From: Nitrososphaera viennensis EN76
GTDB lineage: Archaea > Thermoproteota > Nitrososphaeria > Nitrososphaerales > Nitrososphaeraceae
NCBI RefSeq assembly: GCF_000698785.1
Contig: NZ_CP007536.1
Coordinates: 1,410,001-1,442,000 of the forward strand
Direction: 5' to 3'
Length of the DNA stretch: 32,000 nt
The notes under the pieces were generated by a model. That model was given only the letters and a program-made list of their open reading frames with translations. It ran no database searches and had not been told where the DNA came from. How positions within the stretch are numbered: the first letter of the stretch is position 1; every line of letters begins with the position of its first letter. A program made the position numbers and the translations under genes. Shown one piece after another: positions 1 to 7,578 of the stretch.

Positions 1-35
1 TCGACCACGCTTCCCCCTATCTTTATGACTATCAT
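1..35 (-). CDS. First 11 codons of an amino-acid-kinase-fold enzyme (ArgB/LysZ type); the gene runs off the left edge
   Basis: Reverse strand reads MIVIKIGGSVV, a typical amino-acid-kinase N-terminus. Its ATG (35..33) overlaps the argC stop as ATGA. A position after lysW-lysX-argC fits lysZ/argB. Confidence 0.5.
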   Translation of the reverse strand, partial: MIVIKIGGSVV

Positions 36-1084
36 ACCGGGGTCAGAGGGGTGTACTTCAAGCCCTCAGTCTCCTCGTAGCCGAACATCACGTTCATGAC
101 CTGCACCGCAGAGCCGGCCGCGCCCTTCATGAGGTTGTCAGACGCCGAGAGCGCCACTATCCTCTGGTTGTCCTCGTCTATGTCAAAGCCGACGTCGCAA
201 AAGTTTGATCCGACAACGAACTTGGGGTCTGGGAACTTGTACAGGCCCTTCTTGTCGCGGATGAGCCGGACAAACGGCTCGCCCTTGTACGAGTTGCGGT
301 ACATCTTCCACAGCTCCAGCTCTTCCACCTTGCGCTTGAGGAACGTATGGTTCGTAGTCAGGATGCCGCGGACGATGTTGACCGCGTGCGGGCTCATGCT
401 GACCTTGATCTGCTTTTTGGCTATCATTGACAGCTCTTGCTCTATCTCGCCGGTGTGGCGGTGCTTGGCGGGCTTGTATGGCCTGACTACTCCGTAGCGC
501 ATCGCGTGGTGCGTGCCTGCGTTTGCTTTTTGTCCGGCGCCCGACGAGCCTATCTTGCTGTCGACTACCACGTGCTCGGTGTCGATGAGGTTGTTCTCGA
601 TGAGCGGCTTTAATGCCAAGAGCGATGTCACTGCCATGCATCCCGGGCACGACACCAGCTGCGCCTTCTTTATCTCTTCGCGGTGCAGTTCTGGAACGCC
701 ATAGACCGACTTGGACAGCATGTCTGGGAAGGGGTGCTCCCAGCCGTACCACTTTATGTAGTCTTTTGGGTTCTTTAAGCGAAAGTCTGCGGAAAGGTCG
801 ATTATCTTGACTCCCCTGTCGTACAGGTCCTTGACTATCTTGTTGGCCTTGCCGTGCGGCACCGACGTGAACACCATGTCGCAGTTGTTGGCCAGCTTTT
901 CCATGTCCATTGGCGAGAATGTGAGGTCGATGAAACCCTTTAGGCTGGGGTGCACCCTCTGCACGTACTCGCCTGCCTTCTGGCGCGAAGTAACCATGCT
1001 GACTTCGACCTTTGGGTGCGTAACAAGCAGCCTGAGAAGCTCGCCTCCGACGTAGCCGGACGCGCCTACAACTCCAACCTTCAT
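32..1084 (-). CDS. argC: N-acetyl-gamma-glutamyl-phosphate reductase / LysW-aminoadipyl-phosphate reductase (ArgC/LysY)
   Basis: 350-aa ORF. N-terminal NAD(P)-binding MKVGVVGASGYVGGELLRLL. Cys-containing segment SCPGCMAVTS. Located in a LysW cluster. Confidence 0.9.
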   Translation of the reverse strand: MKVGVVGASGYVGGELLRLLVTHPKVEVSMVTSRQKAGEYVQRVHPSLKGFIDLTFSPMDMEKLANNCDMVFTSVPHGKANKIVKDLYDRGVKIIDLSADFRLKNPKDYIKWYGWEHPFPDMLSKSVYGVPELHREEIKKAQLVSCPGCMAVTSLLALKPLIENNLIDTEHVVVDSKIGSSGAGQKANAGTHHAMRYGVVRPYKPAKHRHTGEIEQELSMIAKKQIKVSMSPHAVNIVRGILTTNHTFLKRKVEELELWKMYRNSYKGEPFVRLIRDKKGLYKFPDPKFVVGSNFCDVGFDIDEDNQRIVALSASDNLMKGAAGSAVQVMNVMFGYEETEGLKYTPLTPV

Positions 1085-1163
1085 TGCGAAACGTTGTCCT
1101 CCATCATTGCCATGTTCGCGAGATGATGATACATGTTAATGATGGTTCTGCCTTAAAAATCCT

Positions 1164-1223
1164 CATTTATATTTTTTGGACATATTTGACCTAATAAAGG
1201 CCAATAGTGACCGAAATTGGTCA
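1164..1223 (-). promoter_or_regulatory. Copy 1 of a conserved 60-bp A/T-box plus TGACC/GGTCA dyad module, in the lysX-argC intergenic gap
   Basis: Aligns without gaps to 3524-3583 (offset 2360 nt), 45/60 identical by hand count. Contains CATTTATATTTTTTGG, GGACA-N4-TGACC and TGACC-N6-GGTCA. Confidence 0.5.
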
Positions 1224-1228
1224 GCTAC

Positions 1229-2092
1229 TTACTTCCTTACCAGGCTCACGGCGTAGTCGATCATGGCGCCGGGGATGTCGTTTGCAGAAACGCTTGCCGC
1301 GCCGCGGAATTCCACTGTGTTGTTCACTTCGTGTACCACCAGGCCGCGGTTCTTGTCCTCCATCAGGTCGACGCCCACTATTCCGCCGCCCACCGCCTTT
1401 GCCGCCCGCAGCGCCAGATCTTCAAGCTCTTTTGTTATTGGCGCAAGCTCGGCCTTGCCCCCGCGTGCGACGTTTGTGCGCCACTCGTTTTCGGCAGAAT
1501 AGCGGTATATCGCAGTCACTACCCTGTCGCCCACCACTATGCAGCGGATGTCACGCGGTGGCCTGTCTATCATTTCCTGCACGTAATAGATCCTTGCAAG
1601 TGGGCTGTCGTTTTCCTCCCTCATCTCGACTATCATGCTTGCGGTCTCGTCGTCGCGCAGCGGGAAAACGCCCCTGCCCCACGAGCCGACTATCGGTTTT
1701 AGGACAAGCGGCAGGCCGGTCTTGCGTATGACCTCGATTGCAGACTCGGCTGAAAACGCCATCTGCGTCTTTGGGGTAGGGATGTTGTTCTTTGCCAGCA
1801 CGAGCGACGTGACAAGCTTGTTCCCGCACGTCTCTGCAGTCTGGAACTTGTTGATGACAGGATAATCGAGAAATTCCAGGCACGCGGTGAGGTACAGGCC
1901 CCGGTAATGGCTCACGCTCCTCTGCAGTATCACGTCTCCGAGCGCAAGATCGCTCTTTTTGCTTTCGGTGCCCACGGTGACGTTTTTCCCATCCACGATC
2001 TGCGCCTTTAGCCCCTTCTCGAGGGCCTTGTCGTAGAGTGCCTTTTCCTCAAAGCGCACCTTGTCGTAGATTATGCAGATCTCGACTGCCAT
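1229..2092 (-). CDS. lysX: ATP-grasp ligase of the RimK/LysX/ArgX family (attaches glutamate or aminoadipate to LysW)
   Basis: 287-aa ORF of typical LysX/RimK length and ATP-grasp character (GLPLVLKP, GSWGRGV, VQEMI, GVDLMED). It lies immediately downstream of lysW; the lysW stop is 7 nt before its start. Confidence 0.85.
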   Translation of the reverse strand: MAVEICIIYDKVRFEEKALYDKALEKGLKAQIVDGKNVTVGTESKKSDLALGDVILQRSVSHYRGLYLTACLEFLDYPVINKFQTAETCGNKLVTSLVLAKNNIPTPKTQMAFSAESAIEVIRKTGLPLVLKPIVGSWGRGVFPLRDDETASMIVEMREENDSPLARIYYVQEMIDRPPRDIRCIVVGDRVVTAIYRYSAENEWRTNVARGGKAELAPITKELEDLALRAAKAVGGGIVGVDLMEDKNRGLVVHEVNNTVEFRGAASVSANDIPGAMIDYAVSLVRK

Positions 2093-2098
2093 TACTGA

Positions 2099-2272
2099 TT
2101 ACTGTCCCCAGTCTTCGCCCACTGTTTCTGCCGGCTTTAACTCTACCTTGTCTGCTGCCTTGGAAGCGATTTCAAAGTCGCCGCCGCAGTCAGGGCAGGT
2201 CACGATCTCTCCCACCACTGCGTCTTCCGGGATGTTGATGTCGGCTCCACATTCTTGGCATTCTTTTTTCAT
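2099..2272 (-). CDS. lysW: Amino-group carrier protein LysW (57 aa); below the ORF-track size cut-off
   Basis: Hand translation of the reverse strand: MKKECQECGADINIPEDAVVGEIVTCPDCGGDFEIASKAADKVELKPAETVGEDWGQ. It has a CxxC...CxxC zinc ribbon and an acidic EDWGQ C-terminal tail. It sits between argG and lysX. Confidence 0.85.
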   Translation of the reverse strand: MKKECQECGADINIPEDAVVGEIVTCPDCGGDFEIASKAADKVELKPAETVGEDWGQ

Positions 2273-2288
2273 TTTCTATTTTTTCCTC

Positions 2289-3497
2289 CTACTTTTGTTG
2301 CTGCTGTTTCTTGCCGGCCGTGTCTGCAACCGAGTTTGCGATTATCGACTGCAGCCCCCACAGCTCGACAAAGCCCTTTGCCAGAGACTGGTCAAAGGTG
2401 GACCCGGCCGCATACGTCGCCAGGTCGTTTTTGTACAGGGAGTAGCGCGATTGCCTTCCGACCACGCGGATAGATCCCCTCTGGAGTTTCACGCGCACTT
2501 TTCCGCTGACGCGGGTTTGGGTCGCGTCTATAAACCTATCCAGGTCCGCGCGCAACGGATCCTGCCACAGGCCGGCGTACGCAAGCCAGCTCCACTGATC
2601 GTCTACCGTGCGCTTGAAGGCAAGCTCGTGCTTGGTCAGCACCATCTTTTCGAGGTCGCGGTGGGCCTCGATTATCGTTAATGCTGCCGGCGCCTCGTAC
2701 ACTTCACGCGACTTTATTCCGACCACGCGGTCCTCGATGTGGTCGACGATTCCGACGCCGTGCGCGCCGGCCTTGTCGTTGACGTACTGTATCAAGTCGG
2801 TGAGCGACATGCGCTTGCCGTCTGCTGCGACCGGCACGCCCTGGTCAAATTCAAGGTCAATGTAGCCGGCCTTGTCGTTCTTGAAATTGATGAACTGGAA
2901 CGCCTCTTCTGGAGGCTCGAAATCAGCATCTTCAATGCTGCCTCCTTCCACCGCGCGGCCCCAGAGGTTGAGGTCGATGCTGTATTTCTTGGCCTCGGTG
3001 CTTATCGGGATGTTCTGCTCCTTGGCGTATTTTATCTCGACGTCCCTAGTGAGGTTCATGTCGCGGATTGGAGCGATTATCTTCAGGTCGGGCCGGAGCG
3101 CTCGCATGGTGACGTCAAAGCGGATCTGGTCGTTTCCTTTGCCGGTGCAGCCGTGCGCTATTGCGACTGCGTTTTCTTTTGTGGCGACCTCTACTGTCTT
3201 GGCCGCAATGAGCGGGCGTGCAAGCGCCGTTGCCAGCGGGTATTTGCCCTGGTACAGGCCGTTTGCCTTGATGCTTGGGATGACATAGTCCTTGGCAAAC
3301 TCGTCCTTGGCGTCGACGTAGACGTGCTTTATCGCGCCTATCGCTTTTGCGCGCCGTTCAATCCCTGCAAAATCGTCGTCCTGGCCGCAGTCTACCGTGA
3401 CGGTGATGACGTCCATCTTGTGCAAGGTCTGCAAATACCTGATGCAGACGGACGTGTCGAGGCCGCCAGAGTAGGCCAGGACCACTTTGTTTGCCAT
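2289..3497 (-). CDS. argG: Argininosuccinate synthase
   Basis: MANKVVLAYSGGLDTS ATP-pyrophosphatase motif and a full-length ArgG-like sequence. I place the start at ATG 3497, not 3521, because the A/T box at 3524-3539 would otherwise abut the start codon. Confidence 0.93.
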   Translation of the reverse strand: MANKVVLAYSGGLDTSVCIRYLQTLHKMDVITVTVDCGQDDDFAGIERRAKAIGAIKHVYVDAKDEFAKDYVIPSIKANGLYQGKYPLATALARPLIAAKTVEVATKENAVAIAHGCTGKGNDQIRFDVTMRALRPDLKIIAPIRDMNLTRDVEIKYAKEQNIPISTEAKKYSIDLNLWGRAVEGGSIEDADFEPPEEAFQFINFKNDKAGYIDLEFDQGVPVAADGKRMSLTDLIQYVNDKAGAHGVGIVDHIEDRVVGIKSREVYEAPAALTIIEAHRDLEKMVLTKHELAFKRTVDDQWSWLAYAGLWQDPLRADLDRFIDATQTRVSGKVRVKLQRGSIRVVGRQSRYSLYKNDLATYAAGSTFDQSLAKGFVELWGLQSIIANSVADTAGKKQQQQK

Positions 3498-3523
3498 GAA
3501 CGTGCGTTTCGTTTCAAGCACTA

Positions 3524-3583
3524 CATTTATATTTTTTGGTCAGGAATGACCTAAATCAAGGTGATAGTGACCGATGTCGGTCA
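3524..3583. promoter_or_regulatory. Copy 2 of the 60-bp module; a divergent promoter/operator between argG and the ACT-domain gene
   Basis: CATTTATATTTTTTGG lies about 30 nt upstream of argG ATG 3497 and about 40 nt upstream of ATG 3574. Dyads GGTCA-N4-TGACC (3538-3551) and TGACCG-ATGT-CGGTCA (3568-3583); the second spans the 3574 start codon. GGTGAT (SD-like) at 3560-3565. Confidence 0.55.
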
Positions 3584-4263
3584 ACGAGAAATCCATCACA
3601 AACGCGGTAAAAGAAGTAGTCAACAACGACCTTTCGTTCCAGGACTCGCTGCAGCGCGACTATTGCAACATCAGCGCGCTGGCAAGGATCGTCAAGCCGC
3701 AGATAGATCAGATGCTCGGCAAGAACACCAGCGTCGAAAGCATTGTCACGGCGCTAAAGCGCTCAAGGCGCGACTATGATGTCCCAGAGCGCCCGATTGC
3801 GGCCATCCTTGCGGGAAGCACGGTCAGCGTCAAGACCGACGTTGCCAAGGTGTCGGCAGCAAAGAGCAAAAAGACGATTGAAAAGGTTGCCAAGTCGCTC
3901 ACGCAGAACGTTGACAACTTTATCAGCGTGTCAGAGAGCATCATGTCCATCACGCTCGTGTTTGACGACGTGCTCCTTGACGGCGTCAAGGCGATGTTTG
4001 CCCACGACGACGTGCTCGAGGTGGAGGACGACCTTGCGGCAATCATTGTGCACAGCCCGGAAGAGATAATCAAGACGCCGGGGTGCGCCATCGCGTTTTA
4101 CAACCAGCTTGCGCGCAGGCACATAAACATCGAGGACACGGTGAGCTGCTACACGGACACCATCATGCTCGTCCGGATGGACCAAGTGGGAAAAGCGTTC
4201 AACGCGCTGACAGACCTGATATCAAACTCGCGCAAGATGCCAAAGAAAAAACACCACCGGTAA
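3574..4263 (+). CDS. ACT-domain protein with a helical, possibly HTH-like N-terminal region; candidate amino-acid-responsive regulator
   Basis: 229-aa ORF. The C-terminal part (LAAIIVHSPEEIIKTPGCAIAFYNQLARRHINIEDTVSCYTDTIMLVRMDQ) reads like an aspartokinase-type ACT domain. Divergent from argG. Confidence 0.55.
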   Translation: MSVNEKSITNAVKEVVNNDLSFQDSLQRDYCNISALARIVKPQIDQMLGKNTSVESIVTALKRSRRDYDVPERPIAAILAGSTVSVKTDVAKVSAAKSKKTIEKVAKSLTQNVDNFISVSESIMSITLVFDDVLLDGVKAMFAHDDVLEVEDDLAAIIVHSPEEIIKTPGCAIAFYNQLARRHINIEDTVSCYTDTIMLVRMDQVGKAFNALTDLISNSRKMPKKKHHR

Positions 4264-4302
4264 ACAACCAGATAATTTCTTGCGCAAGAGCCGTTCAGAG
4301 GG

Positions 4303-4758
4303 TCAAGGTGTAGTTGTTACTGACAGGGACTTGTCAAAGAATGACCGCGTACTGGCTCTGAACAGATTTGCAAGTATTGTTCCAGCCACTACCAGAAATA
4401 TCAGCAAAGTGCTGATAGGCAGGTTGTTCATTATATCATATGCCATAAGCAACGCCGCAACGCCCAGACTGCTAACTATTGCATTTGAAAGCCAGGCCTA
4501 TTTCTTTCCAGCCAGCGTTCCCAACCCAATTGCCATAGATGATGCGCCCAGCATGACGGAAATGTAGCCCTACATCACCCGCAGCTCATGGAATATGCTT
4601 GGATCGATGGGACCAAGGACAAAAGTCTTCATGTCTGACAGATAATAACTGGCAAAGGCAACCGAGAGGCCAAGAGCAATCAAGATCGCCCCTTCGATCA
4701 GAGTCGTGACTTCGATGATTGTTATGTTCGATGGTCGCGTCCTGAAAGTGGTCGCCAT
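4303..4758 (-). pseudogene. 152-codon single-frame ORF for a four-TM membrane protein, interrupted by two in-frame TAG codons (pseudogene or read-through candidate)
   Basis: Hand translation in one frame: MATTFRT...HELRVM-TAG(4572..4570)-GYISVMLGASSMAIGLGTLAGKK-TAG(4500..4498)-AWLSNAIVSSLGVAALLMAYDIMNNLPISTLLIFLVVAGTILANLFRASTRSFFDKSLSVTTTP-TGA(4305..4303). Every segment is hydrophobic and helix-like. A TTAAATAG box lies about 35-43 nt upstream. Confidence 0.4.
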
Positions 4759-4912
4759 AGAATGTGTTGATGCATAAGCGATAGTCGCTTTTACTATTTA
4801 AGCGCTATAGAACCCATGTTCCCTCTCGTCTTATGTATGCGGACGTATCGACCAAAGAAAAAGCAGCAATAGCATCGCCGGTAAGGGTTTTTATCTTCCG
4901 GCAGGGGTGTTT

Positions 4913-4928
4913 GGTACATCGATGTACC
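4913..4928. promoter_or_regulatory. Perfect 16-bp palindrome GGTACATCGATGTACC spanning the regulator start codon
   Basis: Read directly from the sequence. ATG 4922 lies inside it. A TTTTTATC box at 4888-4895 puts the expected TSS inside the palindrome. Confidence 0.4.
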
Positions 4929-5833
4929 GGCGTTACACGCTCGACGAGGTCAAGCGCAAGATAGTCGACGTGCTGCAGAACGCCGGCACCGGGCTTTCAG
5001 GCGTCGAGCTTGCCGACAAGACGGGCATCAACCGCATGACCATCACGAAGTACCTCGACATCATGAACACGATGGGCCTCGTGAAAAAGAAGAGGGCAGG
5101 CACCGTCAACGTGTGGTTCCTGGAAACCGGCATCTCTGACATCGAGTTTCCCGTCAACTATGTGCAGGTGCAGCAGAGGCTCATCGACTTTGCGCTTGCC
5201 GGCGAGGAGGAGCAGGCCCGCAGGCTCTTGATAAGCGTGCTCAACTCCAACATCGACCAGGTAAAGATCATAACAGACGTCATCCTGCCTGCGGCAAACA
5301 CGGTGGGCGAGCTGTACAGCAGGGGCAGGCTGGGCAAGACAGAGCGCGTGCACCTTGCCGCCATGATGGGTGAGCTCATCGATCTTGTTAAGTTCAACGC
5401 GCACCCTGCAGAGCCCAAGATGAACGCCCACGTGCTTTGCATTGCAGGCACCGACGACAGGGCGCACCTTGCCAAGAGCGCGGCCGTCGTGTTCCAGATA
5501 CTGGGGTGGGACTCGCGCTATGTAGGAAGCGTCGAGCAGGACATCGACCCATTTTTCGACATTGACCTGCAGCGCTACGTGAGCAAGGTGTGGGGAAACA
5601 AGCACGGGCTGATGATGGTGTGCGTGTTTTCCTCCGGCGAGGGCCCGCTGCGCTTCATCGCGTCCACCGTCAAGGCCATAGGGGGCCGGCTCAAGGGCGA
5701 GCTGCGCCTTGCCGCTCTTGCCCCGGAGGCAGAGGCAGCCGCCGGCGAAAACGCCGACTATGCCGCAAAGGACCTGCAGGGGATGGTGGACTGGGCCGAG
5801 CGCCAGTACGTCCTCGTAGTGTCTAGAACGTAG
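4922..5833 (+). CDS. Winged-HTH transcription regulator with a C-terminal B12-binding-like (CarH/LitR-like) sensor region
   Basis: N-terminus: KIVDVLQNAGTGLSGVELADKTGINRMTITKYLDIMNTMGLVKKK (wHTH). The following helical bundle (LAGEEEQARRLL...ILPAANTVGELYSRGRLGKTERVHLAAMM) and Rossmann-like HVLCIAGTDDRAHLAKSAAVVFQILGWDSRYVG resemble B12-binding_2 plus B12-binding domains. The track starts the ORF at GTG 4907. Confidence 0.55.
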   Translation: MYRRYTLDEVKRKIVDVLQNAGTGLSGVELADKTGINRMTITKYLDIMNTMGLVKKKRAGTVNVWFLETGISDIEFPVNYVQVQQRLIDFALAGEEEQARRLLISVLNSNIDQVKIITDVILPAANTVGELYSRGRLGKTERVHLAAMMGELIDLVKFNAHPAEPKMNAHVLCIAGTDDRAHLAKSAAVVFQILGWDSRYVGSVEQDIDPFFDIDLQRYVSKVWGNKHGLMMVCVFSSGEGPLRFIASTVKAIGGRLKGELRLAALAPEAEAAAGENADYAAKDLQGMVDWAERQYVLVVSRT

Positions 5834-6269
5834 GGAACGGCGTTATCGGCGGGGTCTCGGGTATCAGAGCCTGCAAGCCTATCGTGATTATCGTGCCGAT
5901 TACGGCAAACACTATGGTCGCAAGGATGGCTATCCCAAGCGCTCGGAGCCACCCTGTGTCAAAGCCCAGCTTGAAGACGCCTATCCAGGCTATGAACGCA
6001 AGGATGAATGCGACGGTACTTATGAATATCTTTTCGCCAAGCGTCATCTCCAGGATCGCGCTAGAGAGAAAGAACACTATTGCATAGACTGTGGGGCCGG
6101 CCGCAGTCACCAGCATTGCGCGCGTAAAGCGCGCTTTTCCGACAGTCACTATTTTTGCCGCGATCCACACCGGTATCGAGACTAGGATCCAGAGGATCAA
6201 GAGCCCAAAGACGAGGGCGAGTGCGGCGATCAAGCCTTCAAGCTGCATCAACAGCGGCTCCAGCGACAC
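5823..6269 (-). CDS. Integral membrane protein (about 4 TM), unknown function
   Basis: 148-aa ORF with four long hydrophobic stretches. It overlaps the regulator's 3' end convergently by 11 nt. Confidence 0.55.
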   Translation of the reverse strand: MSLEPLLMQLEGLIAALALVFGLLILWILVSIPVWIAAKIVTVGKARFTRAMLVTAAGPTVYAIVFFLSSAILEMTLGEKIFISTVAFILAFIAWIGVFKLGFDTGWLRALGIAILATIVFAVIGTIITIGLQALIPETPPITPFPTF

Positions 6270-6329
6270 GTTCCTCTCAACCGCGGCGATAGGATTTAAG
6301 TCCTATCGGGGATTTTTCTATAGGTTGGT

Positions 6330-6668
6330 TTAACCCTTCATGAACCCAAGCGCAAACGCGGCCGCAAAGCTGCCGGTGAGGGGGATGCCGATATTAGCCA
6401 GCGCCATCATCACTTGGTTTGCGGCTTCCGGCGTCGCGCCCATAGTCGCGTTCTGTATCCCCACAAGGGCAGAAGTAGACGCCGAATTGATCTTGTCCCA
6501 GTTTACCGATATCACTCCTTGGCTGGCCAGATACGCAAGAGCGGCAAGGAACAGCCCGACTATCACCAGCACTATCTTCAGGATTTTTTTTATCGCGTAG
6601 CCGATCACAAAGCCCGCGACGCCGCCTACGCCTACCGACGCCGCGATAGAAGTAAGATCCACGCTCAC
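6330..6668 (-). CDS. FUN14-family small membrane protein
   Basis: 112 aa. GVGGVAGFVIGYAIKKILKIVLVIVGLFLAALAYL...GVISVNWDKI matches the FUN14 pattern as I remember it. Confidence 0.6.
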   Translation of the reverse strand: MSVDLTSIAASVGVGGVAGFVIGYAIKKILKIVLVIVGLFLAALAYLASQGVISVNWDKINSASTSALVGIQNATMGATPEAANQVMMALANIGIPLTGSFAAAFALGFMKG

Positions 6669-6825
6669 GATGTTATTTTGCGCGCGCCAGATTTATTGCT
6701 TATTAGAAAAATGTTCGGGGGTCAATTGCAGAAGAGTAGAGAGCGGTTATCGCCCACGTAATTGTCAGCGAATAGTTGCCCGCTTTCACAGGCACTATCC
6801 TCTCAACCGCTCCAGGATTCCTTCC

Positions 6826-7422
6826 CTATTCAGTTTTGGCAAGTATTTCTTTGAGCTTGTCTCTTGATGTCTTGAGCTCATCCTCGGCCTGTTTGTGACC
6901 CTTTTCCTCATCTTCAATCTCGCCCAAGATGACCCTGATGTACTCTTCTAATTTTTTCTTGTCTTCGTCTGAAGGATTGCTTCCCAAGGCCCGTTCAGGA
7001 TTTGACCTTAGATCAGACAGTTGGCTCTTGGCTTCGTCAAAAATTTCCCGCAATCTGGCGCGGGCCTCTGCAAGCCGGTCAAGCGCTTCCAAGCCCTTTG
7101 TCATTTTTTCATTAATCTCTCTTATTCGGGCGTTGTTCTCTTCAATCTCCTTTTTCCATTTATCGATGTCGTCTTTGCGGCGCAGGGTTTCTTCTACTCT
7201 TTCTTCGTTTGCAATCTTTTCCTTGAGCTGCTTTATGTCGTATAGTTTGCTCTCTTTTTGGTTTTTCAGCGTATTTGTATCAATTTCCGCCTCGTTCTTT
7301 CTGCGTGCCACCTCCCCAGCCGCGGTGGTTGCATCGCTGCGTAGAGAGGAAAAGGGTATCAGGTTTACGCCCAAGGTGCCGCCGCCAGCGGCCGCTCTAA
7401 GATCATCTAATGTGCATGACAC
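6826..7422 (-). CDS. Coiled-coil protein, unknown function
   Basis: 198 aa, highly charged with heptad character (KQLKEKIANEERVEETLRRKDDIDKWKKEIEENNARIREINEKM). A TTTTTTTATAATT box lies about 25-30 nt upstream of the ATG. Confidence 0.55.
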   Translation of the reverse strand: MSCTLDDLRAAAGGGTLGVNLIPFSSLRSDATTAAGEVARRKNEAEIDTNTLKNQKESKLYDIKQLKEKIANEERVEETLRRKDDIDKWKKEIEENNARIREINEKMTKGLEALDRLAEARARLREIFDEAKSQLSDLRSNPERALGSNPSDEDKKKLEEYIRVILGEIEDEEKGHKQAEDELKTSRDKLKEILAKTE

Positions 7423-7578
7423 GAATCATATGGCAAGATCGAATTATAAAAAAATACCCGAAACAGGAGATTGTACCGGTAGTTTTTACCGTTTATTAGA
7501 TGACTCGGACATTTTGGCTTGATCCTTGGGTGTGAAAACCGCACGAAAGGTAATTTTCGTACTGTTTAGGAGCGCACC

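Noticed and set aside
1120-1145. ATGATGA / AATGATG boxes that looked like C/C' boxes of a C/D-box sRNA
   Set aside because: No D or D' box (CTGA) occurs at the required spacing on either strand. The sequence lies within the probable argC leader.
1207-1731. Plus-strand ORFs opposite lysX (174, 161 and 79 aa), and similar ones opposite argC and argG
   Set aside because: The opposite strand encodes well-supported enzymes. These ORFs have Arg/Pro-rich nonsense composition and no start context.
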